Source: Cupriavidus necator (GTDB lineage Bacteria > Pseudomonadota > Gammaproteobacteria > Burkholderiales > Burkholderiaceae). Taken from it: DNA of 32,000 bases. The stretch lies in contig NZ_CP066018.1 of NCBI RefSeq assembly GCF_016127575.1, positions 3,960,001-3,992,000 on the forward strand, read 5' to 3'. The notes beneath the pieces were generated by a model. It did no database searches and was not told where the DNA came from. It saw nothing but the letters and a program-made list of their open reading frames with translations. Below, piece by piece: positions 1 through 7,732 of the stretch (its first letter is position 1; every line of letters starts with the position of its first letter). The translations under genes and the position numbers were made by a program.

Positions 1-284
1 TGCTTTTCGATCGAGACGAAATGCAGCGTGCCGCAGCGCTGGGGATCAGCGCGCCACGCCTGCCAGGTAGCCAGGAAATTCAGCCCCAGGCCGAAGCCGG
101 TCTCGACGATGACGAACTGGCGCTGACCGGCCCACGCCTGCGGCAGGCCGTTGCCACCCAGGAAGACATGGGCGGCCTGCGCCAGCCCGCCTTCGGTGCT
201 GTGGTAGACGTCGTCGTAGCGGGGCGAATACGGGATGCCTTCGGCAGAAAGGATCGGCTCGGCGGGCTCTAGTGCGCGCGGCAT
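1..284 (-). CDS. mnmC: tRNA 5-methylaminomethyl-2-thiouridine biosynthesis bifunctional protein MnmC, N-terminal part (gene continues off the left edge)
   Basis: Absent from the ORF track because it is truncated. My translation of the reverse strand from the ATG at 284..282 gives [94 protein letters not shown]. It carries the characteristic MnmC N-terminal motifs (YDDVY[FH]S, VFLGGNxL, ETGFGxGLNFL, LHFxSxEK) known from E. coli MnmC. Confidence 0.8.
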   Translation of the reverse strand, partial: MPRALEPAEPILSAEGIPYSPRYDDVYHSTEGGLAQAAHVFLGGNGLPQAWAGQRQFVIVETGFGLGLNFLATWQAWRADPQRCGTLHFVSIEK

Positions 285-440
285 GGGACAGGAAATTCGG
301 CGAAAAGCAAAATGCCCGGGCGGATTCGCCGGGGCGTGGGAGCGGGCTTGGTAATTCGCGCCGGATGGTAGCATAGCGGCCTTCCCGCAGACCGCATCGC
401 CCTGCCCCTTGATTTGCGCCGTCCAGGCGCCCCGCTCCAC

Positions 441-1298
441 ATGCTCAGCTACCGTCACGCCTTCCACGCCGGCAACCATGCCGATGTCCTCAAACACGCC
501 GTCGTGGTGCAACTGCTTGAGCACCTGGCGCAGAAGGACAAGGCGTTCTGGTATATCGACACCCATGCCGGTGCCGGCCTTTACGCGCTGGATCACGCCT
601 ACGCGCAGAAGAAGGCCGAATTCGAAACCGGGATCGCACCGCTGTGGCGTGCCGCCGCCAGCGGCACCCAGCTGCCGGCGATGCTGGACGAATACCTGGA
701 CCAGGTGCGCGCGCTCAACCCGGACGGCAACCTGCGCCACTACCCCGGCTCGCCCTGGCTGGCCTGGCAGATGCTGCGCGAGCACGACCGGCTGCGGCTG
801 TTCGAGCTGCACAGCACCGAGATCCAGGTGCTGCGCGACAACTTCCGCGGCGCCGGGCGCCGCGTCATGCTGTACGACGGCGACGGCTTCGGCGGCATCA
901 AGGCCATCCTGCCTCCGCCGCCGCGCCGCGCGCTGGTGCTGGTCGACCCGTCCTACGAGGACAAGCAGGACTACGCCCGCACCGTGCAGACCATCCGCGA
1001 CGGGCTGGAGCGTTTTGCCACCGGCGTCTATGCGGTCTGGTACCCGCAGGTGCAGCGGCGCGAATCGGCGCAGCTGTCGGTGCAGCTCAAGGGCCTGCCG
1101 CTCAAAAGCTGGCTGCACGTGACCCTGACCGTCAGGCATCCGGTCGAGGGCGGCCTGGGCCTGCATGGCAGCGGCATGTTCATCGTCAATCCGCCGTGGC
1201 GGCTGAAGGAATCGCTGCAGCAGGCCATGCCGGTGCTGACCGACCTGCTCGGCCAGGACGATGGCGCAAGGTTCACGCTCGAAGCCGAGGAGAACTGA
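441..1298 (+). CDS. rlmJ: 23S rRNA (adenine2030-N6)-methyltransferase RlmJ
   Basis: ORF 414..1298. Start moved to ATG 441 because [19 protein letters not shown] is nearly identical to the E. coli RlmJ/YhiR N-terminus ([19 protein letters not shown]). DTHAGAG, VDPSYE and VNPPW motifs are present. Confidence 0.9.
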   Translation: MLSYRHAFHAGNHADVLKHAVVVQLLEHLAQKDKAFWYIDTHAGAGLYALDHAYAQKKAEFETGIAPLWRAAASGTQLPAMLDEYLDQVRALNPDGNLRHYPGSPWLAWQMLREHDRLRLFELHSTEIQVLRDNFRGAGRRVMLYDGDGFGGIKAILPPPPRRALVLVDPSYEDKQDYARTVQTIRDGLERFATGVYAVWYPQVQRRESAQLSVQLKGLPLKSWLHVTLTVRHPVEGGLGLHGSGMFIVNPPWRLKESLQQAMPVLTDLLGQDDGARFTLEAEEN

Positions 1299-1647
1299 GG
1301 CGGCGCACCAGCCAGTCCAGCGCCATGCCCGCGGCCAGGCCGACGCTGTCGGCCAGCAGGTCGAGCCAGTCGGCCTCGCGGTAGCCGGTCTGCCCCTGCA
1401 GCAGTTCGATCAGCGCGCCGTACGCCACCAGCCCCAGCAAGACGGCCCAGCCACGGCCGCTGTAGGCGCGCCGGCCCAGCACGCCCAGCACCGCGAACGC
1501 CAGCATATGGTTGGCCTTGTCCCAGCCGGTGGTCGGCAGGGGCTGCGTCGGCGGCATCAGCGACAGCGCCAGCACCGCGGCCGCGCAGCCCCAGAACAGC
1601 AGGCGCCAGCGCAGCGGGGTCAGGGTCGGGACGGCAATCATCGGCAT
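1273..1647 (-). CDS. VanZ-like family membrane protein
   Basis: 124-aa ORF with 3-4 hydrophobic helices and the VanZ-type WDKxxHxxxFxxLG motif ([17 protein letters not shown]). High GC3 in this frame. The 3' end overlaps the rlmJ 3' end by 26 nt (convergent). Confidence 0.65.
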   Translation of the reverse strand: MPMIAVPTLTPLRWRLLFWGCAAAVLALSLMPPTQPLPTTGWDKANHMLAFAVLGVLGRRAYSGRGWAVLLGLVAYGALIELLQGQTGYREADWLDLLADSVGLAAGMALDWLVRRLSSPRLRA

Positions 1648-1741
1648 GTGTGCGTCATCTGGAAAGCCGACAATATATCCCTGCCGCCTGCCGCAGGCAC
1701 CGGAGCCCCCGGCGGGGCTGGATTCCCCCCGCGCCTTGCGC

Positions 1742-1747
1742 TACAAT
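1742..1747 (+). promoter_or_regulatory. sigma-70-type -10 box TACAAT inside the conserved context GCTACAATCCGC; no CDS downstream
   Basis: The same 12-mer GCTACAATCCGC recurs at 16624..16635, upstream of the hpnD-like gene. CTACAATCC recurs at 24788..24796, upstream of the GNAT gene. No good -35 hexamer is visible (TGGATT at 17-nt spacing). Confidence 0.35.
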
Positions 1748-1826
1748 CCGCAGCCTCGTTGCACTACAGGCGCAAGCCATGCCGACACCACGGTTCGGCG
1801 GCCAGAGCCGGCAGAGCGGACAGAAG

Positions 1827-1855
1827 AAAGGCGGGCAGTTCCAGCCGCCTTTTTT
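1827..1855 (+). terminator. Orphan intrinsic terminator (AAAGGCGG-N10-CCGCCTTT followed by a run of 6 T)
   Basis: Perfect 8-bp stem 1827..1834 / 1845..1852, with a T tract at 1850..1855. It does not follow any credible + strand CDS. It lies about 100 nt downstream of the TACAAT box and 65 nt upstream of tRNA-Leu. Confidence 0.55.
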
Positions 1856-1920
1856 GCTTTCCTGTCCGGCGCAAGCCAGCGAGCATCGCGGCCGCCCGCC
1901 CGGGCAGCGCCGCAAGGACC

Positions 1921-2007
1921 GCGAGGGTGGCGAAATTGGTAGACGCACCAGGTTTAGGTCCTGACGCCAGCAATGGTGTAGGGGTTCGAGTCCCCTCCCT
2001 CGCACCA
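1921..2007 (+). tRNA. tRNA-Leu (anticodon UAG), class II with long variable arm, CCA encoded
   Basis: Acceptor stem GCGAGGG/CCCTCGC + A + CCA. D-arm GCGAAATTGGTAGACGC is identical to E. coli tRNA-Leu. Anticodon loop TTTAGGT. Long variable arm. T-arm GGGGTTCGAGTCCCC. A weak hairpin CCCGCC-N8-GGCGGG follows at 2008..2027. Confidence 0.93.
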
Positions 2008-2134
2008 CCCGCCCTTCTAGTGGCGGGCTGACAACTTCCGTTTCCCAATCCCCTTCGGCACGCTTTTTCCGGCAGGCACCCCCGCGCCGCGGCACTTTCC
2101 AGCCTGCGCCAGTGACGGTATCATTTCGCCATCG

Positions 2135-2149
2135 TATCGATAATCGATA
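2135..2149. promoter_or_regulatory. Perfect palindrome TATCGAT-A-ATCGATA in an AT-rich patch upstream of the IclR gene; candidate operator
   Basis: 7-bp inverted arms read directly from the sequence, followed by TATATATGTATATTGG (possible -10 elements). It lies 88 nt upstream of the IclR ATG. Protein binding is inference only. Confidence 0.35.
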
Positions 2150-2236
2150 TATATGTATATTGGTGCAATACTCACTCATCGTGGTGCAGCCATCCCGTGG
2201 ATGGTGCCGCCCGGTCCCTTCGCCCGCGACGCAACT

Positions 2237-3037
2237 ATGCCGTCAAAACCCGTCCCGCCACCCGCGCCCGACCGCGACAACCCGCTGTTCAACCAGTCGC
2301 TCGAAAAAGGCCTCGAAGTCCTGCGCGCCTTCAACGGCGTCCACCGTACGCTGACCCTGTCGGAACTGGCCGCGCTGACCGGCATGAACAAGAGCTCGGC
2401 GCAGCGCACCATCCATACCCTGGAAGCGCTGGGCTATGTCGACAAGCACCCGCAGACGCGGCGCTTCCGGTTGACGCCGCGGGTGATGGAGATCGGCTAC
2501 AACTATCTGGCGGCCGATGCGCTGATCCCGGTGGCCAGCCCCTACCTGTCGCAGCTGGCCGCGGCCAGCGGCGAGACCGCCAACCTGACCGAGCCGGTCG
2601 GGCTGGACATGGTCTACGTGGCCCAGCTGATGACCGCCAAGCACATGCCGGTGCTGACGCCGGTGGGCATGCGCATCCCGATGTATTGCACCAGCTCCGG
2701 CCGGGCCTACCTCAGCACGCTGCCCGACGAGCAGGTCCTGGCGATGCTGGAGCAGTCGGCACGCGTGGCGCGCACGCCCGCGACGCTGACCGGCGTGGAT
2801 GCGATCTTCGAGCGCGTGGCGGCGTGCCGCCGGCTGGGCTACGCCAGCAATGAAGAGGAACTGTTCATCGGCGACATGGGCCTGGCCGCGCCCATCGTCA
2901 ACAGCCAGGGCGTTGCGGTCGGCGCGGTGCACGTGTCGCCGCCGGCCAGCCGCTGGAGCATGGCCGAGGCGCAGAAAAAGCTGGCGCCACTGGTGATGGA
3001 ATGCGCGCGGGCGATCTCGCATTCGATCGCACACTGA
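2237..3037 (+). CDS. IclR-family transcriptional regulator
   Basis: ORF 2153..3037, start set to ATG 2237 (MPSKPVPPP...). N-terminal winged HTH (LTLSELAALTGMNKSSAQRTIHTLEALGYV) and a C-terminal IclR effector domain (TSSGRAYLS..., EEELFIGDMGLAAPI). Confidence 0.85.
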   Translation: MPSKPVPPPAPDRDNPLFNQSLEKGLEVLRAFNGVHRTLTLSELAALTGMNKSSAQRTIHTLEALGYVDKHPQTRRFRLTPRVMEIGYNYLAADALIPVASPYLSQLAAASGETANLTEPVGLDMVYVAQLMTAKHMPVLTPVGMRIPMYCTSSGRAYLSTLPDEQVLAMLEQSARVARTPATLTGVDAIFERVAACRRLGYASNEEELFIGDMGLAAPIVNSQGVAVGAVHVSPPASRWSMAEAQKKLAPLVMECARAISHSIAH

Positions 3038-3193
3038 GGCCCGGCACGGCGAAGGCCGGCCAACTCGCGCAGGGGTGGTAGAACACCTGAGTGCCAGTGC
3101 CTTTCGCGGACCCTTGCCGCGATCTATGCTGAAGGTGTCGGAGCGGCACCGAGCCGTTCCGGCATCTTCACCTCAGCCCTGATCGGAGGGCAT

Positions 3194-3541
3194 ATGAAAT
3201 TCCCTGCCTTGCTGTTGGCAGCGTCGATGGCCGCTGGCTGGTCATCGCTCGCCTATGCTGCCGGATGCCAGTACGACATGCAGTGCAAAGGAGAGCGGAT
3301 CTGCCAGCAAGGGCAGTGCGTCTTTCCTGACGCGGAAGAAACCGCGGAAGCCGGTGGGCCGGCGCCGCTGCCGGCGACCAAGCGCACGCCAGCGCCGCCG
3401 CCAGCCCGCGGGTGCTGCACCGTGGCAGGCAAGCTCAAGCTGTCACCGGCCGCGGCCTCGGATACCAGCCTGGCGAGCGGCGATGCGTGCCAGGGGCTGA
3501 CCGCCTCGGGCAAGCCGGTTCCCGGCACGATCTGCAACTAG
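3194..3541 (+). CDS. Small secreted (possibly lipoprotein) Cys-rich protein, function unknown
   Basis: Strong SD GGAGGG 5 nt upstream of the ATG. Signal peptide MKFPALLLAASMAAGWSSLAYA/AGC. Eight Cys in the mature part, including C-x5-C-x5-C-x4-C (CQYDMQCKGERICQQGQC), then a Pro/Ala-rich linker and a second Cys-containing part. Codon usage is visibly less GC3-biased than in the neighbours. Confidence 0.6.
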   Translation: MKFPALLLAASMAAGWSSLAYAAGCQYDMQCKGERICQQGQCVFPDAEETAEAGGPAPLPATKRTPAPPPARGCCTVAGKLKLSPAAASDTSLASGDACQGLTASGKPVPGTICN

Positions 3542-3563
3542 CCTCTGGATCTGGCGCGGGCGC

Positions 3564-4811
3564 CTAGCGCGCGTGCGCCAGCATGGCCTGCAGCAGCACG
3601 TTGGCGCCCGCCTCGACATGCTCGGGCAGCGCGTCTTCCAGCTCGTTATGGCTGATGCCGTCCTTGCACGGCACGAAGATCATGCCGGTGGGCGCGCGCC
3701 GCGCGACGTAGACCGCGTCGTGGCCGGCGCCGCTGACCACGTCCATATGCGGCAGGCCCAGCGCCGTGGCCGCGCGCCGCACGCTGTCAACGCATTCGGG
3801 CGCGAACACGCACGGCTCGAACTTCACCACCTGGCGGATCTCGACCTCCACGCCGGCGGCCACAGCAATGCCTTCGAATGCCGCCTGCATGGCCGCGTGC
3901 ATGCGGTCCAGCCCGGCCTGCGACAGGTTGCGGAAGTCGACCGAGAAATCGACCCGGCCCGGAATCACGTTGCGCGAGTTCGGCGTGACCTGCAGATAGC
4001 CGACCGTGCCGCGCCCGTGCGGCGCCTCGTCGCGCGCGATCCGGTTGACCGCCTCGACCATGCGCGCGGCCGCCAGCATCGCGTCGTGGCGCAGCGCCAG
4101 CGGCGTCGGGCCGGCGTGCGCGTCCATGCCGGTCACGGTCACGTCGTACCACTGCTGGCCCAGCGCGCCCGAGACCACGCCGATCGGCAGGCCGGCCGCC
4201 TCCAGCACCGGCCCCTGCTCGATATGCGCCTCGAAGTAGGCCGCGAACATGCCGCCCGGCACCGCGCCCGCCGGCTGCGCGCCGCGGTAGCCGATCGCCG
4301 CCAGCGCGTCGCCCACGCTGACGCCATCCACATCGGTCTGGGCGCGCGCAAAAGCCGCGTCGAACTCTCCGGCAAATACGCCCGAGCCCATCATCACCGG
4401 CGTGAAGCGCGTGCCCTCCTCGTTGGTCCAGAACGCGACCTCCAGCGGCGCGCGCGTGACGATGCCCAGGTCGTCGAGCGTGCGCATGACTTCCAGGCCG
4501 GCCAGCACGCCGAAGTTGCCGTCGAACTTGCCGCCCGAGGGCTGGGTGTCGATATGGCTGCCGGTGGCCACGGCGCGCGCGTCGGGGTCGCTGCCGGCGC
4601 GGCGCGCGAAGACGTTGCCGATCTCGTCGACGCGCACGTCGAGCCCGGCCTCGCGGCACCACTGCACCACCAGGTCGCGCCCCTTGCGGTCGGCTTCGGT
4701 CAGCGCGATGCGGCACACGCCGCCCCTGGGCGTGGCGCCGATCGCGGCGAGGTCCATCAGCGATTGCCACAGGCGGGCGCCATTGATGCGGGGAAGGTGT
4801 AGCTGGTCCAT
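3564..4811 (-). CDS. M20-family Zn-dependent hydrolase, hydantoinase/carbamoylase (AmaB/AllC) type
   Basis: ORF 3564..4952, start set to ATG 4811 (MDQLHLPRINGARLWQSLMDLAAIGATPRGG, a typical N-terminus for this family). Motifs GSHIDTQPSGGKFDG, NEEGTRF and ISHNELE are present. Confidence 0.85.
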   Translation of the reverse strand: MDQLHLPRINGARLWQSLMDLAAIGATPRGGVCRIALTEADRKGRDLVVQWCREAGLDVRVDEIGNVFARRAGSDPDARAVATGSHIDTQPSGGKFDGNFGVLAGLEVMRTLDDLGIVTRAPLEVAFWTNEEGTRFTPVMMGSGVFAGEFDAAFARAQTDVDGVSVGDALAAIGYRGAQPAGAVPGGMFAAYFEAHIEQGPVLEAAGLPIGVVSGALGQQWYDVTVTGMDAHAGPTPLALRHDAMLAAARMVEAVNRIARDEAPHGRGTVGYLQVTPNSRNVIPGRVDFSVDFRNLSQAGLDRMHAAMQAAFEGIAVAAGVEVEIRQVVKFEPCVFAPECVDSVRRAATALGLPHMDVVSGAGHDAVYVARRAPTGMIFVPCKDGISHNELEDALPEHVEAGANVLLQAMLAHAR

Positions 4812-4914
4812 GTCTGGTTGCGGGTGGGGTGAGGGAGAGGAAACGGCAGCAGGTTCAGCAAGAAGCAGACCACCGTAGCCGGCACTTCGGCCCGCATTCC
4901 CGGCCCTGCCACCG

Positions 4915-4930
4915 TGGCACATGACTTGCT
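4915..4930 (+). promoter_or_regulatory. sigma-54 (RpoN) -24/-12 promoter TGGCAC-ATGAC-TTGCT
   Basis: GG at 4916..4917 and GC at 4928..4929 are separated by exactly 10 nt, matching TGGCAC-N5-TTGCW. The element is on the + strand about 40 nt upstream of the GTG start of the substrate-binding protein gene. Confidence 0.7.
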
Positions 4931-4972
4931 TTGCAGACATCCGTCCCCTCAAGCCAACCCAGGAGCAAGCCT

Positions 4973-6649
4973 GTGCACCACGATCCCTCCCTTCTCGCGA
5001 AAGGTCTCAAGTCAGCTGCCTCGGTCATGAGCGCCGCCGTGCTGTCGCTGCTCGCGCTGCCCGGTGCCGCCCATGCCGACAAGGTGCTGCGCATCGGCAT
5101 GACCGCCGCCGACATCCCGCGCACGCTCGGCCAGCCCGACCAGGGCTTCGAGGGCAACCGCTTCTCCGGCATCCCGATGTACGACGGCCTCACCCAATGG
5201 GACCTGTCCCGGGGCAACGGCCCCAGCCTGCTGATCCCGGGCCTGGCCACCGAATGGAAGGTCGACGCCGCCGACAAGACCAGATGGGTGTTCAAGCTGC
5301 GCCCCGGCGTCAAGTTCCACGACGGCACCCCGTTCAACGCCGATGCCGTGGTCTGGAACGTCGGCAAAGTGCTGGACAAGACCGCCAGGCAGTTCGATCC
5401 CAGCCAGGTCGGCGTGACCGCCTCGCGCATGCCGACGCTGCGCACGGCCAAGAAGATCGACGACTTCACCGTGGAGCTGGTCACCTCCGAGCCGGATTCG
5501 TTCCTGCCCTACAACCTGACCAACCTGTTCATGGCCTCGCCCACGCAGTGGGAGAAGAAATTCGCTGCGGTGCCGGCCTCGGTCACCGATCCGGTCGAGC
5601 GCTCCAAGCAGGCCTGGGTCGCGTTTGCCGCCGATGCCGCCGGCACCGGGCCGTTCAGGATGAGCCGCTTCGTGCCGCGCGAGCGCCTGGAAGTGGTGCG
5701 CAATGCGCAATACTGGGACACGAAGCGCGTGCCAAAGATCGACAAGGTGGTGATGGTGCCGATGCCCGAGGCCAACGCGCGCACCGCCGCGCTGCTGTCG
5801 GGCCAGGTCGACTGGATCGAAGCCCCGGCACCCGACGCCATCGCCCAGATCAAGAGCCGCGGCTTCCAGGTCTATGCCAATGCGCAGCCGCATATGTGGC
5901 CGTGGCAGCTGTCGTTCGCGCCCGGCTCGCCATGGCTGGACAAGCGCGTGCGCCAGGCCGCCAACCTGTGCGTCAACCGCAGCGGGCTGAAGACGCTGCT
6001 GGGCGGCTACATGGCCGAGGCCAAGGGCATCGTCGAAGCCGGCAACCCGTGGTGGGGCAATCCCAAGTTCGATATCAAGTACGACCCGGCCGCTGCCAAA
6101 AAGCTGATGCAGGAGGCCGGCTACTCCGCCGCCAAACCGGTCAAGGTGAAGGTGCAGGTGTCGGCGTCGGGTTCCGGCCAGATGCAGCCGCTGCCGATGA
6201 ACGAATACGTGCAGCAGAACCTGAAGGAGTGCTTTATCGACGTCGACTTCGACGTGGTCGAGTGGAACACCCTCTTCACCAACTGGCGCGTCGGCGCCAA
6301 GGACGCCAGCGCGCACGGCGCCAATGCCATCAACGTCAGCTTTGCGGCAATGGACCCGTTCTTCGCCATGGTGCGCTTTGTCAGCACCAAGACCCAGCCG
6401 CCGGTCTCGAACAACTGGGGCTACTTCGGCAATGCCGAGTTCGACAAGCTGATCGAGAACGCGCGCACCTCGTTTGACGAGAAATCGCGCGACGCGGCGC
6501 TGGCCAGGCTGCATGCCCGCATCGTCGAGGAGTCGCCGTTCGTGCTGATCGCGCACGACGTCGGCCCGCGCGCGATTTCGAAGAAGGTCAAGGGCGTGGT
6601 GCAGCCGCAGAGCTGGTTTATCGATATCGCGACGATGTCGATGGACTGA
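4973..6649 (+). CDS. ABC transporter substrate-binding protein, family 5 (peptide/nickel, DppA/OppA-like)
   Basis: ORF 4931..6649. Start set to GTG 4973, 7 nt after AGGAG (4961..4965). Signal peptide ...MSAAVLSLLALPGAAHA/DKVLRIG. Family-5 SBP features (RFSGIPMYDGL, KFHDGTPFNADAVVWN). Confidence 0.88.
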   Translation: MHHDPSLLAKGLKSAASVMSAAVLSLLALPGAAHADKVLRIGMTAADIPRTLGQPDQGFEGNRFSGIPMYDGLTQWDLSRGNGPSLLIPGLATEWKVDAADKTRWVFKLRPGVKFHDGTPFNADAVVWNVGKVLDKTARQFDPSQVGVTASRMPTLRTAKKIDDFTVELVTSEPDSFLPYNLTNLFMASPTQWEKKFAAVPASVTDPVERSKQAWVAFAADAAGTGPFRMSRFVPRERLEVVRNAQYWDTKRVPKIDKVVMVPMPEANARTAALLSGQVDWIEAPAPDAIAQIKSRGFQVYANAQPHMWPWQLSFAPGSPWLDKRVRQAANLCVNRSGLKTLLGGYMAEAKGIVEAGNPWWGNPKFDIKYDPAAAKKLMQEAGYSAAKPVKVKVQVSASGSGQMQPLPMNEYVQQNLKECFIDVDFDVVEWNTLFTNWRVGAKDASAHGANAINVSFAAMDPFFAMVRFVSTKTQPPVSNNWGYFGNAEFDKLIENARTSFDEKSRDAALARLHARIVEESPFVLIAHDVGPRAISKKVKGVVQPQSWFIDIATMSMD

Positions 6650-6670
6650 TCCCGGCCGCGCCCGACGGAC

Positions 6671-6699
6671 GCCGCGCGGCAGCCCCGCCGCCGCGCGGC
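6671..6699 (+). promoter_or_regulatory. Intercistronic GC-rich stem-loop (two copies of the self-complementary decamer GCCGCGCGGC, 9-nt loop)
   Basis: GCCGCGCGGC occurs at 6671..6680 and 6690..6699, giving a 10-bp all-G/C stem 22 nt after the SBP stop codon and inside the 122-nt SBP-permease gap. Confidence 0.45.
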
Positions 6700-6771
6700 C
6701 CGGCAATCCCGCCCGGTCTTCCCCGCGTGCCGCGCACGGCGCACGCACGCCCCAACTTGCCGGATCCTCCC

Positions 6772-7722
6772 ATGCAATACCTGTTCCGCCGCATCCTCTA
6801 TGCCATCCCCATCCTGCTCGGGGTGGCGCTGCTGTGCTTCTCGCTGGTCCATATCGCCCCCGGCGATCCGCTGGTGTCGGTGCTGCCGCCCGACGCCTCG
6901 GAAGAGCTGCGCCGCCAGCTGACCGCACTCTATGGCTTCGACAAGCCCTTCCTGGAGCAATTCGTGCACTGGCTGGGCCGCGCGCTGCAAGGCGACCTGG
7001 GCACGTCCATCGCCACCAGCCGCCCGGTGATGGCCGAAGTCGGCGCCGCCGTGGTCAATTCCCTGCGCCTGGCCACCGTGGCCACGCTGATCGGCTTCAG
7101 CTTCGGCTGCCTGTTCGGCTTTGTCGCCGGCTACCTGCGCGACTCCGTGGCCGACCGCACCGCTTCGCTGCTGTCGGTGCTGGGCGTCAGCATCCCGCAC
7201 TACTGGCTCGGCATGGTGCTGGTGATCGCATTCTCGGTGCTGCTGGGCTGGCTGCCGGCTACCGGCGCCGGGCCGGGCGGTTCGGGCGACTGGGCATGGG
7301 ACTGGGAGCACATGCAGTACATGCTGCTGCCGGCGGTGACCATGTCGGTGATCCCGATGGGCATCGTGGCACGCACGGTGCGCGCGCTGGTGGCCGAGAT
7401 CCTGGCCAACGAGTTCATCGTCGGCCTGCGCGCGCGCGGCCTGTCCGACCTGGCAGTGTTCCGCCATGTGCTCAAGAACGTGGCGCCGACCGCGCTGTCG
7501 GTGATGGGCCTGCAGCTGGGCTACCTGCTGGGCGGCTCGATCCTGATCGAGACCGTGTTCTCGTGGCCCGGCACCGGCTTCCTGCTCAACTCCGCCATCT
7601 TCCAGCGCGACTTCCCGCTGCTGCAGGGGACCATCCTGGTGCTGGCGGTGTTCTTCGTGCTGCTCAACCTGCTGGTCGATGCGCTGCAGACGCTGTTCGA
7701 CCCGCGCATCCAGCGCAACTGA
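6772..7722 (+). CDS. ABC transporter permease (DppB/OppB-like)
   Basis: ORF 6727..7722, start set to ATG 6772 (MQYLFRRILYAIPILLGV, the typical DppB N-terminus). Multiple TM helices and the conserved C-terminus ...LVDALQTLFDPRI. Confidence 0.88.
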   Translation: MQYLFRRILYAIPILLGVALLCFSLVHIAPGDPLVSVLPPDASEELRRQLTALYGFDKPFLEQFVHWLGRALQGDLGTSIATSRPVMAEVGAAVVNSLRLATVATLIGFSFGCLFGFVAGYLRDSVADRTASLLSVLGVSIPHYWLGMVLVIAFSVLLGWLPATGAGPGGSGDWAWDWEHMQYMLLPAVTMSVIPMGIVARTVRALVAEILANEFIVGLRARGLSDLAVFRHVLKNVAPTALSVMGLQLGYLLGGSILIETVFSWPGTGFLLNSAIFQRDFPLLQGTILVLAVFFVLLNLLVDALQTLFDPRIQRN

Positions 7723-7732
7723 GGAGACCGCC

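Noticed and set aside
21-1384. ORFs 21..272 (+), 409..1122 (+) and 644..1384 (+)
   Set aside because: ORF 21..272 is antisense to the mnmC N-terminus. The other two are alternative frames of rlmJ with Arg/Ala/Pro-rich nonsense translations.
1650-1964. 104-aa ORF (and the internal ATG at 1779) in the spacer upstream of tRNA-Leu
   Set aside because: It reads straight through an intrinsic terminator and into the tRNA gene, it has no SD, and its composition is Arg/Gly/Pro-rich. It is not coding.
4655-4675. TGCACCA half-site as an NtrC enhancer about 250 bp upstream of the sigma-54 promoter
   Set aside because: No matching TGGTGCA half lies at the right spacing. GCACCA is common in GC-rich coding sequence, so this is not evidence.
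4818-4842. G-rich tract GGGTGGGGTGAGGGAGAGG as a G-quadruplex (C-rich leader of the M20 hydrolase mRNA)
   Set aside because: Only three runs of at least 3 G plus a GG are present, which is not a canonical four-tract G4. The purine/pyrimidine skew alone is weak evidence.
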